Assembly: GCF_006345805.1 (NCBI RefSeq) | Contig: NC_043012.1 | Location: forward strand, 36,022,001 to 36,086,000 | Direction of reading: 5' to 3' | DNA: 64,000 nucleotides | DNA from: Octopus sinensis | Taxonomy: Eukaryota | Shown here: positions 25,115-38,492 of the stretch, one piece after another | How positions within the stretch are numbered: the stretch's first letter is position 1 | Layout: the number at the start of each line of letters is the position of its first letter | Notes under the pieces: model-generated | Told to the model about the DNA's origin: nothing | Database searches by the model: none | The model's input: only the letters and a program-made list of their open reading frames with translations | Translations under genes and position numbers: made by a program

Positions 25115-25658
25115 GTTTCTGTCTGTCTTTTTGTCTGATTGTCTGTCTGTCTCTCACTCTCTCTCTCTCCCTCACTCTCTCCGTCTCTGTCTCCCTCTCT
25201 ACTTGTGACCAGATTTCTCTTTATGTGTCTGAGAAGGAATAGTGTTTATGTCAATCATGTTCAATTAATAAAATATAATCTTTCTCTCATTCTCTCTCCC
25301 TTTCTCTCTCTCTCCTTTTCTCTCTCTCTCCCTCTTTCTCTCTCTCTCTCTCTCTCTCCTTTTCTCTCTCTCTCCCTCTATGAATATATTTCTGAAAGCA
25401 CACATGGTTACTTATCTCCAGCCCCAAAACATTCCCGTCGGCCAAAACAGGCTGCATGTCCAACCAGCCATGCCAAATGGTCTGTGTCCAGCAGCTGCAC
25501 CAAATTGTCCCATTTCAGTGTAACACGTCTCATTACCATACAACTGTAACATTTTGGTGTAACATATGAGTGTCTCAATGTGTCTCAATTCTCAATTCTC
25601 ACCATATCATCGTAACATACTGGTGTAACATGTGGGTGTGACTATATCACTGTAACAT

Positions 25659-25891
25659 AGGGTGGCGAGCTGGCAGAAACGTTAGCAAGCCGGGCAAAAT
25701 GCTTTGCAGTATTTCGTCTGTGGTTATGTTCTGAGTTCAAATTCCGCCGAGGTCGACTTTGCCTTTCATCCTTTCGGGGTCGATAAATTAAGTACCAGTT
25801 TCACACTGGGCTCGATGTAATCGACTTAATCCGTTTGTCTGTCCTTGTTTGTCTTCTCTTTGTTTAGCCCCTTGTGGGTAGTAAAGAAATA
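25659..25891 (+). mobile_element. SINE family B, young long-tail copy with a 16-bp TSD
   Basis: TSD tatatcactgtaacat at 25643-25658 and 25892-25907. Confidence 0.93.
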
Positions 25892-26318
25892 TATATCACT
25901 GTAACATTGGTGTAACATGTATAAATATGACACCTCACACCTCTCGCTTGCAGTGTCCATTCTCTTCTCCATTTGCAGAATTTCAAAAATTCATTCTTGG
26001 TTTCTTTTTTTTTTTAATTCGTATGAAGTAAAAGCCAACCTAAAAACATGGTATTATTCTTGCCTATGGTTTTGTTAATAATATTAATGGATAATCCTGA
26101 AAGTGGTGAGTGGCAGAATTGCTTGCATGCCAGGCAAAATGCTTCCTGGCATTTTGTCCATTTTCACATTCTGAGTTCAATTGCTGCTGGGGTTGATAAA
26201 ATAAGTGTCATTTGAGCACAGGGATTGATGTAATCGACTTTGCCCCTCCCCACAAAACTAATCACCATCTGCCAAAATTTGAAAGCAATATTAAGAGATA
26301 ATCCAACATCCTGTTTAA

Positions 26319-26510
26319 CCCTTTTGTTACCGTATTTATTTTGAGATGTTCTGTGTTTCTTTCGATTAGTTTTAAATATAACAAAGAATTTAGTGAGGTA
26401 ATTTAGTTATCATTAAGCTGATGTTAGGAACATAAATTGTGACTAAGGTTTGGTGGAAGATTTTAATTCAAAACTTTTGAAAACAAGACATTTGTATCAC
26501 AGAGCCAAAG
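26319..26510. mobile_element. piggyBac-type MITE, partial
   Basis: Starts TTAA-CCCTTTTGTTACC and is the reverse-complement homolog of 50618-50824. A related end (aaagggTTAA) is at about 12017-12026. Confidence 0.6.
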
Positions 26511-26614
26511 ACCCTTTATTGTCAAAATAAATATTTAGGATTACAGTAGTTTTAATTTCCACTAAAATACAAAGACGTTACCCTTGGGCAATGCATGAAC
26601 CCCACAGAATCCTA

Positions 26615-27036
26615 TAACATAGCATGCCCCAGTGACAACAGGATCAGTGTGAAAGAAGAAGAAAAAATAAACAACTTTGATGATTTAAATTGGGGAATAC
26701 GAAGATTGTGGTCAATGAAGAGAGTAGAGGTGATACCCAGGGTAATTGGTGCACTTGGAAGTATCAGCACTCAACTACAAACATGGCCGAAAAAGATTGG
26801 TGCAAGTGTGAAGGTAGAACACCTACAAAAACCAGCATTGCTTGGGACTGCAAGAATCCTTTGCAAGGTTCTTGAAGCATGACCAGTAAACAAGTGTCAT
26901 GTTAGTCTGCTGGCTGTGGACAGCTGACACTTTCCATCATGCCTAGCAATACAAGCTGTGAGTTTTCATATAATAATAATAATAATAATAACAACAACAA
27001 CAGCAACAACAACAATAATAATAATAATAATAATAA
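26615..27036 (+). mobile_element. 3' fragment of an R4/Dong-like (restriction-like endonuclease) LINE with a (TAA)n tail
   Basis: IACPSDNRISVKEEEKI..DL..IRRLW..VIP.VIGALG..LQKPALLGTARIL matches the C-terminal RLE region typical of R4-clade elements. The stop at 26880-26882 is followed by a short UTR and (TAA/CAA)n. Confidence 0.8.
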
Positions 27037-27167
27037 TCTTTTCTACTCTAGGCACAAGGCACAAAATTTAGAGGAGGATTCCAGTCGATTAGATTGACCC
27101 CAGTGCATAACTGGTACTTAATTTATCGACCCAGTAAGGACGAAAGGCATGCACTGCTCTCTCACTC

Positions 27168-27226
<59 letters not shown>

Positions 27227-27517
27227 TCCTCTTTACTGCAAGTAGAAGGTCTGAAATTTTAGAGGAGGCTACTTGGTTACATTGACCTCAATACATAGCT
27301 GGTACTTGTCTTATTGAACCAGAAAGGAAAGACAAAGAAGGAAAGACAAAGTTGACCTTGTCTGAACTTGAACTCAGAACATAAAGACAGATGAAATGCT
27401 GCAAAGCATTTTGTCTTGTATGCTAATAATTCTGCTAGCTCACCACCTTAATTAATTATAATGATGATGATGATGATTTCTTTTAATGACTTTTTTTGTG
27501 TTTATGTTCTATTTTAG

Positions 27518-27539
27518 AGGGTGTGACAGCGTGAAGTAA
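27518..27539 (+). CDS. Candidate terminal coding exon (R)GCDSVK*, followed by 3' UTR-like sequence
   Basis: Acceptor gttctattttag; the phase 2 join reaches TAA at 27537-27539. Downstream is unique A/T-tract-rich DNA with AATAAA at 27606, 27617 and 27871. Confidence 0.45.
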
Positions 27540-29010
27540 ATCTGGAGCCAATATTTCTAACGAAGCACAATTACTGTGAATTGTTTACCGAGCGGCAGAA
27601 AAAGAAATAAACAAACAATAAAAAAAAGCAACAACTGTAGATCATCGAGGAATTGACCCCTAAAAGATTCTGAAATCCCTTAAAATAACTTTATGATTCA
27701 AACGTTAAAGAACTTTTATTATTTTTGTGGGATTCCTTTTTTGGTGTTTGCTGAGTCCTAGTGTGACTAAAAGACCTCAGTGAAAACCAATCTGGGACCG
27801 AAACGAATTCCTTGAGGAATACTGGAACTTTGGAATCCCCTGAAAGCAGAAAAAAAACCAGAAAAAACAAAATAAAACTTTATTATTGAACAAATAGGGA
27901 GTCATAAGGTCCTCGATGTTCAGGCTGGGGATTTATATTTTTTTCTAATTTTTTTCTTTTCTTTTTTTTTTGCGGTTTTTTTTTTTTTTTCTGAATTAAG
28001 TGAATTCTAAGCCGAGAGAACGCAAATCGCTGAGAACCATTCTGACTGAGTGAAAGACGGAGGTCGCAAAAACTAAAACGCATTTTAATCAGGGAAAAGA
28101 CTGAGAAGCTAATTATTTTGAAACTGCGAGGGGTCTAACTGGCACCCCAGCATGAAACTTTTTTATTTTTTTATTTTTTTATTTTTTAATATCATTATTT
28201 ATTATAATTATTATTAATATTATTATATATTTTTTTTTTTTTTGCTGTTGTTTTACTTGTTCCGAAAACCCTCATTTTCATCCCCTCAGTAATTTGATCT
28301 TTTAATGATTACCAGGGTGCAATGGGAACTTGGTGTGCACAACAATACAAGGGTTTGCCCCTTAATTGTGCATTTGAAAGGAGTTGAGGGCAATGTTCTA
28401 ATTTTTTTGTGGGTTTTTTTTTTATCTTCTTCTTCTTCTTCTTCTAAAGGGGTGGGTTTTCTTCTTAGAATTTAAGGGTTTATCAAAATTGTCCCTTTTA
28501 CTCCCCCTCCTCCGAAACCATTGCTGCTAATTATATTGCCTTCACCATGGATACTGTACTGTCTGGAGTGAGACAGGGTGACAGACAGGGTTGACATGCA
28601 GTCACAAACCAGTTGCCCTTTCTGACAACAACAACAGCAACAGCAGCAGCAGCAGAAGCAGCAGGGGTAGCAGTAGTAGTAATCTTGTTTTATGCCATTT
28701 GATTAGCAGATATTGTGATTATCTGCCTAAATATTTTGATATCAGCCCCACCCACCCCATTTTATTCATGTCTACACATACACACACACACACACATATT
28801 TATACTTACATGTGCACACACACATGTACACGTACAATTTTATATTCCCTGACACATACAATGTACACCCATAAATAAGCACACACAAAACATAACACAT
28901 ACATATACACACACACACATACAGACATCTCTACACATACACATACACTGAATTACATGTACTTAAGTATACACAACTCGAACAATATATACAATTATAA
29001 TACTATATAT

Positions 29011-29041
<31 letters not shown>

Positions 29042-29171
29042 CATATATATATGTATATGTGTATGTATATACATGCATGTAGATGTGTATATATATACAT
29101 ATATATATATAAATATATGTATGTATATGTGTATATATATATACATGTATGTAGATGTGTATATATATACC

Positions 29172-29237
<66 letters not shown>

Positions 29238-30108
29238 ATTATATACTTATATGTATATATACTTATATGTATATATATGTATGTATACCTCCATATTTAT
29301 AATCCACAGCATCATGAAAACACACACACACAAATCATTCTTCTTCTTCTTCCTCCTCCTCCTCCTCCTCCAACCAATTAGATGTTCTGATGTTGTTCGC
29401 TGGGGTGATTCATTCCTCATATTGAAACCAATAGGGGGAAACAGTGCCATCTGCAACCAATTAAAACAGCATCCCTTGATCACCACCCTTCCCACCCACC
29501 CACCCTCCCCCACCCGCCGCCACCTTCTGGTCCACCTCTCCTTTTATCCCCTCCTCCTCCTCCACCCCCTTCTACTAATACTACTACTGCTGCTGTTGCT
29601 CCTCCAAGATGTTCATTCTTACGCTTGTGCAGCCACCATCACCACCACCACCACCACCACCGCCATCACCACCACCACCACCATCACCACCACCACCACC
29701 ATCACCACCACCTGCTGTTTCTGCATGTGTTAGTTTGAAAACATGCTCCGTATTCAGACACCTCACCATCTCCTGACCCTCCCCCCGTCAGGTACCTATC
29801 CACCTCCTTAGTACCCCACACCCTGTCGTCAGTTCTTTACTCTTCAAGGCACCATTTACATGACAATTTACATCAATAAACCCCACCCCCACCCCCATGC
29901 AACCCCTCCATTGTGCAATCCCCCCTCCCCCCTAACGGCGTCACCCCACCCCCATACCGCCACACCTTTACCATGATGGAATGTCCGCATTTATCTATTT
30001 CTTCTCTATTTTGTTTTCTCTTTCTCTGCCATTCTTGTGGTTGTAGTTGTTGTTGTTGTCTTTGTTCATCCTGTTGATGTTGTTTGTTGTCCCTGAGTCT
30101 GATTTTTC

Positions 30109-30147
<39 letters not shown>

Positions 30148-30870
30148 TGGTGTTTTATAATTATTTTTTTTCCCCTTTTTCTAATTCCTGAAGGTTCTTT
30201 TAATATCTGCAGAACTCCATTGAATTGTGAAGTATGAACAAGGTGCTAAACTTGTCAAAAAACACTCCCCCTCTCTCCCTTTCCTCTCTCGCACACACCG
30301 AATTTATCTGTCTAATTAAATACCCATGTTTCATAGCCTCAATAGGGCCATCGTCATATATACTCCACACATTTTTTTCTCCTCTCGCATTTTCTCAAAC
30401 ATGCTCCGGTGATCTCCTCCAAGATGTCAGCAATTCTATTTCTTCTCCTCCCCCGTAGAGGCTCACTGACCTACCACCATCCAGCACTACATCAAGCAAA
30501 CAGAAATTAGATTTTTCATCATTTTCTTGACAAGAAGACCTAATAAATCAAAGCTATGTAAATATATTGAAATTTGAAGAGGAATTAGTAGAGTAGACAT
30601 CTCCATCACTTACTGGAGCAATACAAACAAAAACATTAGTAGCAGCCGTCTAATTAATACTAATCAACACATTTGTGTGTGTATATACAACCGCAAACAT
30701 TTACACACAGGTTGGTTTGTGTTCTAAACATCCAGCCAACCAACAGCTGTACGCAGTCTGTTTATTCCAGTGTATTATATATCTATACATTGTGTCTAGT
30801 TAAATATCTAACCAGTTAGTATTTACACACTCTCTGACTCCCTATCTAGTCAATATTTACACATCGCACC

Positions 30871-31337
30871 TTAATATACAAGTGGAAAATCCTAGAAGGG
30901 CCAGTACCTAATTTTGGCATTGAGTGTTATACAAATGCCAGAATTGGCCACCATTGTATTGTACCAAAGGTACCATCCACTCCATCTAAATTGAGGACCA
31001 GGTACTGCAATAGTCTCAGGTTCAAAGGCCCACAGATCTTCAAAGCCCTGCCTCAAACATTAAGAAATTTGCATAAGTTGGAAGTAAATGTCTTCAAAAT
31101 GGATCTAGACATCGTCCTCTTCACAATACCGGATGACCCAACAGCCCGACACGAGGTGAAGACGAGGTCAGCGGAATCAAACTCCCTTATACATTAAATG
31201 TACAAATAGCTGGGATAAAGGCACATATAGGAGTGGTGATGTGAAACACCCAGACTGAGGAAATCAGAAAGACCATGGTACTGCTCCAGCATGACTGCGG
31301 CCACATGGCTGAAATGAGTCAAAGAGTAAAAGAGTAT
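30871..31337 (+). mobile_element. 3' fragment of a CR1-group LINE
   Basis: IYKWKILEGPVPNFGI..RIGHHC..RYCNSLRFKGPQIFKALP..LRN..FKMDLD..L.TIPDDP is typical of the C-terminus after RT in invertebrate CR1-like elements. It is followed by a ctccagcatg...gagtaaaagagta tail. Confidence 0.7.
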
Positions 31338-32422
31338 GTATATATATATATATATATATATAGTGTTGCATCTTGGGAGGGTCATTACGTCAATAATAAT
31401 AATAATCACACATGCACTGGTTCAATATCACTTCTTTATTGTTTGTGAATAGAGAAGATCTTGGGGGGGGAGGGGAGAAGACAAGTCCCTGAGAAGGTCG
31501 CGAGTAACAACAAAAGGACTTTGACTGACAAACAACCGATTGTTTAACTGGCACATTAAACAAATGATTGATTAGTTAATTGGTTGGATATTTAATCAAT
31601 TGACTAACAGTGAAGAAGTGATATTGAACCTGTGTGTGTGTGTGTGTGTGTTATTGGTGTAATGACCCTCCCAAGACACAACAAGATTTGTTTGAACACA
31701 TGAATTCATATCAAGAATTTTGCAAACCAAATACAAAAACAAAGTACACACACGCACACATGTGCATATATTTTCAGTACTAGTGCTAAGATAAATTCTA
31801 TACAGTACACAATGTAATGTGGTTGGTGTTAGGGCAGGAATCCTGCTATAGAAACCATGTCAAAACTGGAACATGTGAGGGAGATGTGGTCCCTTTGACC
31901 TGCCTCAGAAGGTAGTAACTTCAAATAAGGAGAGACTCTGACCGTGATGACCTGCCCATCACATGCCAGCATGGAAAGCAGTGTAAAATGATGATGATGG
32001 TGTTGGTGGTGGTCTTGGTGATTATGGCCACAATGCATCATACGTATGTATACTTTATACACAGATATATAAATACAGAACTATGTGTGTGTATATATAT
32101 AGTTTATATCTATTTAAAAGAAGAAAAGAAAATGGAGATTAGAAAGTTAATAATTGTTTAATATTAATTGCTGTAAAAAGCGAAGATGACCAATTTGTTT
32201 ATAAGAAACAATTATTAACTTCCTTATCTCCATTTCCTTTTCTTTGAAAATGGATAGAAACAATATGCTTTATATACACCTATTGTTTTGATAATAAGTA
32301 TTGAACTAGGTTAACATATCCTCTAATTAAATATATATAAGTATGTATGTATGTATGTATACACACACAGATGTACATCTGTGCGCATGTTCACCAGGGC
32401 ACACTGTGAATTTGGAACTGTG

Positions 32423-32588
32423 CCATGGTTGTGTAGTTCACATTTCTGAGGCACAAACAATCTGCAACCAGCTTGAGTAAAAATGTTTTGCTCAAGATGG
32501 TTGCAACCATTTTGAGGACAATCTTTTTCTTTCACGTGATGGCTGCAGATTGTTTGGGCCTCTGAAAAGTGATTTACACAACCATGGT
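32423..32588. repeat. Imperfect inverted repeat (MITE-like)
   Basis: ccatggttgtgtagttcacatttctgaggcacaaacaatctgcaacca is mirrored by tggctgcagattgtttgggcctctgaaaagtgatttacacaaccatgg. Confidence 0.7.
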
Positions 32589-34400
32589 GCAATCTCACAA
32601 AAGGTGATTGTGTGTTATATTTCACTACGATATACTCTGCCAAAATGGTATTCGGTTCTCTGACCATTTGGTCATGACAACAATATATGAACATATATAC
32701 GTACACATTCACCTGCACCTGCATGGCCATCATCACCGTCATCATCATTTAGATCCACTTTTGCACGGTGGCATGAGTTAGATGGGTTGTTAAAGTGTTT
32801 TATGGCCAGATGCCTTTGTTACAATAGTCACTTCTAGTCACTTCTTACAATATGCTGGAACAACATGCACACATGCACAGAGACACACACACACACACAC
32901 ACACACACACTCATGCATAGACCCGCATGCACACACTAGTTAAGAATGTTGTATAAACACATTCATTTGTAGCTGTGACAGTAATATAATAACTATTTCT
33001 GATGAAGATAACTCCTTTCCATTAGAGAGTTAATGCCTTTAAACTAAGCATGAACATCACAGCATCCTATATCTTCTCCTCTTTGCGAAATATGGCTTCA
33101 ACCCTTGTTCAATATAAAAATTTTCCCTCAAAATACTAGGATTTCAACCCTAACCCTAACTCCTAACACGACACTAGAAGCAAGCTGGATCAATTGGGGA
33201 GTTTCTGTTCGGCCATCCAATCTACTAGAAACAGCAGCCAAATCGCCCCTCTTAAATTGCACTTCACTTTTTCAGAAATGGAAGTGATACGTTAAATAAT
33301 GTAGTCCTAGATATGTTTGTAAAAAGATAGGATGGCCATTGCTGGAATGCCTTTAATCATTGATCTGCTCACTGGGGGGTGACCTAGAGTTAAAGGACAA
33401 CAGCAACTACAAAGGAGCTTCTATATGGTTGCATGACATGCTAGAAATAGCAGCCACATTTTCTTTATCTTCTTTAGATAAAAGAGATCTAGGAAAGACT
33501 ACACTGGACAATGTAGTCCAAGATACATTAGCTCAGACAAAACAAAATATATAAAAACAATGGCCAAGGATGGAATGTCTTTGATCATAATAGGTCTGGT
33601 GGCTCAGAATTAAGATTGTCATTTTAAATTAATTAATAATTAGACTAAATATTAGCTTCCATAGTTTTGGAAGATGTTGGTCAGATGTTAGTGCTGAGTT
33701 CTTGTTTGTTGAGTCACCAACAGACCCAAGATGAAGAAACTCACTGAAGATGTCAGACACTTGTTAGAAACTGAAAAACATTATAAAGCAACAAAGATAA
33801 AAAAAACAAAAAAATTCAGACTAGAATTTTTTTTGAAGATTGACCCAAAAAAGGAGGTGGGGAATGTTTTCTTTTTTTTTTGTTATTCATTGAATTTTTG
33901 TATTTATATTCATTTATTTTACATGTTTGTTTATTGTATGTGGAAGGCATTTGCCCAAGGTGCCACACAGTGGGACTGAACCAAAAGACCACATGGCTGA
34001 GAAGCAAGATTTCTAACCACACAACCACGCCTGCATATACACACACCCACATACATCCATCCTGTCTCTCTCTCCTTCTTTCCTTTCTCTCCTTCTATGT
34101 CTCTCCCCCTCTCTATATATATTAGTCATCTGCCCATAAGGTCAGATCACTAATATCATAGAAGCTGCTGTTATTCAAGAGTCGGGGATCCCGGGTCAGC
34201 CCCTGGGCCTTCTCATACATTCTATATTACAGGTCAACACCTCTTAATGGTCATGATTGACCACAGGTCAACTACATGATATGTATCAACTGTAGATAAG
34301 TACAAGGTACTTACTACCTCACCAATCATGAGGTACATTCCACCTCTGTATGTCAATACCTGGTGCTATGTGTAAGTTTCTCTCTTTCTCTCTCTCTCTC

Positions 34401-34433
<33 letters not shown>

Positions 34434-34754
34434 ATGTATATATATACATACACACACACATGCACTACATGCATACGCTATACATGTGACATATCATTTG
34501 CACATGCATACATACACACTTTAGAACCTAACTATAGTTAACATGTAAACACACACACGTGTGTGTGGTGTGTGTGTGTAGACATACACGCTTATAACTC
34601 TGTACATGCATACAGCTCTTGCTATGTATACAGGACAGGAAATTCATATCCCCCGTTACGTTGGTAGGATTTGAACTCAGGACATAAAGGACCAGAACAA
34701 GTGTGACAAGGCATGTTTTCATGATGCTTTAAGGATTCTACTAATCTACTTTGC

Positions 34755-34786
<32 letters not shown>

Positions 34787-35012
34787 GTTTCAAATTTTGC
34801 CACAAGGGCAGCTATTTTGGAGGAGGAGATGAGTCGATTACATCGACCCCCCCACCCTTCCCCCAGTGTTTCATTGGTCCTTAATTTACTGACCCCGAAA
34901 GGATGAAAAGCAAAGTCAACCTCAATGGAATTTGGACTCAGTCTGTAGCGATGGGCAAAATAACACTAAGCATTTCGTCCAACACGCTGATGTTTCTGCC
35001 AGCTCACTGCCT

Positions 35013-35065
35013 TAATAACAATAATAATAATGATGATGATAATAATAATAATGATAATAATAATG

Positions 35066-35099
<34 letters not shown>

Positions 35100-35149
35100 T
35101 AATAATAATAATAATAATGATAATAATAATAATGATGATAATAATAATG

Positions 35150-35186
<37 letters not shown>

Positions 35187-35266
35187 TAATATAATAATAA
35201 TGATAATGATAATAATAATAATGATAATAATAATAATGATAATAATAATAATAATAATAAATAATG

Positions 35267-35297
<31 letters not shown>

Positions 35298-35461
35298 TAA
35301 TAATAATATTAATAATAATAATAATAATAATGATAATAATATGATAATAATAATAATAATAATGATAATAATAATAAATAATAATAATAATAACAACAAT
35401 AATAATAATGATAATAATAATAATAATAATAATGATAATAATAATAATAATAATAATAATG

Positions 35462-35492
<31 letters not shown>

Positions 35493-35622
35493 TAATAATA
35501 ATGATAATAATAATAATAATAATGATAATAATAATAATAATGATAAAATAATAATAATAATAATAATGATAATAATAATAATAATAATAATGATAATAAT
35601 AATAATGATGATAATAATAATG

Positions 35623-35668
<46 letters not shown>

Positions 35669-35705
35669 CAAAACAATCATAATAATAATAATAATAATAA
35701 TAATG

Positions 35706-35760
<55 letters not shown>

Positions 35761-35768
35761 TAATAATG

Positions 35769-35832
<64 letters not shown>

Positions 35833-35918
35833 TAATAATAATAATAATGATAATAATAATAATAATAATGATAATAATAATGATAATAATAATAATAATA
35901 ATGATAATAATAATAACA
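35013..35918. repeat. About 900-bp (AAT)n array interrupted by GAT
   Basis: Direct reading; abuts the head of a - strand SINE B. Confidence 0.97.
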
Positions 35919-36374
35919 TAAGTGCCACCAGTTATGGAATGTTGGCTGTCCATTTCCTCCCCTCCCCTTCTACCCTGTTCCAGTCCCCAGGTCACTCCGA
36001 CCACCACCACCACCCATTTCACACCCTCCCACTTCTACCCACAATGTTAAAGTTGTTGGTGTGACCAAACTCCTTATTTGTCTTGAGGTATTCCTTCCAC
36101 CCTTGCTACCCTAGTTGTGTGGTCCAGTTGGTCAGTTGGCTGCTGTGGTGTGAAGGAGGCAGAATCGTTAGCATACTAAGCGGAATGTTTAGCTGCATTT
36201 TTCCCCGTCTTTATGTTCTGAGTTCAAATTCCGCTGAGATTGACTTCCCCTTTCGTCCTTGATAAAATAAGTACCAGTTGCACACTGGGGTTGATGTAAT
36301 TGACTTGGCCTCCCTCCTCGACTTGCTGGCCTGGTGCCAAAATTTGAAGCCAACATGTAGTGATAGGATATTTG

Positions 36375-37085
36375 GGGTGGTCAATGAAGTTACATGGTTT
36401 TTAATGTATAGAGAGATAGGTAGTTGTGGTCATCAGTGGAGAGAGCTGGTCATTGATCTGTAGAGATAGGTAGCTGTAGTGGTCAGCTGAGATAATCAGG
36501 TGTTAATATGCTGTGATGGTCACTGAAGATCACTGATTGTTAATGTAATTAGTAATAATAGTTACTGTGGTCAGTGGAGATAATCCGGTCCTAAATATGT
36601 AATGATGGGTAGTTGCAGTGGTCAGTAGACTACTGGCTCCTAATATCTAGTAATAGCGGTCAGTAGTGGTCAATGAAAATAAATAGGTTTTAATATGCAT
36701 CCATAAATAGTTGTAAGTGGTCAGTAGAAACAACTGGCCTTTAATATATATACTAATGGGTTAACTAGTGGTCAATAATGACCCTTGTTCCTTAAACATT
36801 TAACATTTAAACCAGTCATACACGACCCAAATATTCTACCTACTTCATGTTCAAACCGGCCATATCAGACCCCTCACACCTACCCTGCAGTGTCATTCTA
36901 AAAATAATCACATCTCTGAAATCGGGAAACTACAAGACAATGCATGATTAATTCTAAGTAATGTGAATAAATAAGCATTTAACAGTGGAGTCTGAAGGCT
37001 AAAGGGTCGACCTATACGACTGGGTCAACTGTAGTGGTCAGTGGAGACCAGTGGTCTTTAATCTCTGCTGATAGGTAACTGTGAT
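36375..37085 (+). repeat. Degenerate minisatellite of about 50 bp, interrupted by a MITE-like insert at about 36790-37007
   Basis: Recurrent gtagtggtcagt(g/a)ga...ctgg...ttaatat units. The insert ends gctaaaggg, like piggyBac-type MITEs. Confidence 0.6.
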
Positions 37086-38452
37086 GTTAGGAAGAAGAGT
37101 TATGCTTTTGTTATCTTTTAAACAAAAATGGAAAAATCCCTATGGTTCAAATTCAGACAGCTGCTGCACTGACAAAGTCACATGACTAATAATGGTTGCT
37201 ATGGATATGATGATGTGATGGGGGGACGGGGGTGGGGAGGCTTTTCACGGTCAGCTGTAATTGGTTCAAAGTGAGGCAGCTACACTAACAAAAGTCATGT
37301 GAATAAAAACGAAAGAAAAGCAGTTGTAAGGAAAGAAAAAGGAAAAAATGGTGATGCGGGGAAGGTGAGAGGTGGGAAGTTTTCAAAGATATGATTGAAC
37401 TGGATTGAAACAGAGGCAGCTATTGGAACCATAATACACACACACACACGTTCACACATGCTCACACATATATACATCAAGACATCATGAGGCAGAATGG
37501 AGGATTATGCATCTTCACAATCTGGTTATATACACTCTTGTTCCCATTAGATTCCAATCCGACACGTGTTTCTGTTGCGTAAGTGTCTTAATCTCCTCTG
37601 ATGTAGCATTTATATGGTTTGATATGCATTCAGTCGGTTCAGTTGCAGTAAAATATTCTTCCAGGTTAGACTTTCCTATGCAGCTTTGTTCCAAGTTTTA
37701 CCCATGGGGGGTGGATGGGTAGGCAAAGCAAGCTGAGAGTTGAGGGGTTAGAGAGCCCTTCTTGAAGTATATTCTAAGTGAGGTAATCATAAAGTCTTAG
37801 TGTACATTGAAATACAATGTGGCTATAATTCTGGCATCTGAGAATGACCTTTGCAGAATTAAAAAAATTGATTATTTTATATACTTAGTTATGTATCAGA
37901 GACCCCCTTCAGTCATGAATGACCTTGGGATTGCACCTAGGATGGGCCCATAACCTAATTTCATGATAGAGCTAAGAACACACTCAAACATCAGCAACAC
38001 AGGGGCAAGCCCATAGCCTGATGGTGAGTCTATTTGTAGAATTGATTAAATATAGCAATAACATGAAAAACAACATTTTCACATTACTCACCTTTTTAAC
38101 TTCTCCTCTGCTTCCTACATCCTCCTCCTATTTGGTACATCCTTCCATTACACTCTCTTTACATATACGTAACTGTCCACTTGTATATAGCTGTTTACAT
38201 GTTCTCATGAGTAAATATTATACAGCTGTCTACATAAAGAGGACAATAGGAAAATAAGATGGACAATGTGACCAAAGTACCAGATTCGTTATCTTCGATA
38301 CACAGCTGTTTCATTAAGATAGACACCACTAAATGCAAAATGGCATAATTGTGATGCATAATTAACTTTAATCAAATCAAATTAAGTCAAATTAACTTAA
38401 AAAGTGGGTTTGTCCAAATCATTACAAATGTTATGTTAATTAGAAAACCATT

Positions 38453-38492
<40 letters not shown>

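Noticed and set aside
32323-32748. 141-aa Cys/His-rich ORF
   Set aside because: It starts in a microsatellite and spans an inverted repeat, with no recognisable domain.
33145-33167. Interstitial telomeric (CCCTAA)n
   Set aside because: Only two to three imperfect units, expected by chance.
37505-37680. Possible exon on either strand
   Set aside because: A 28-nt + strand candidate and a 53-codon - strand frame overlap; neither fits a phase chain or a known protein.
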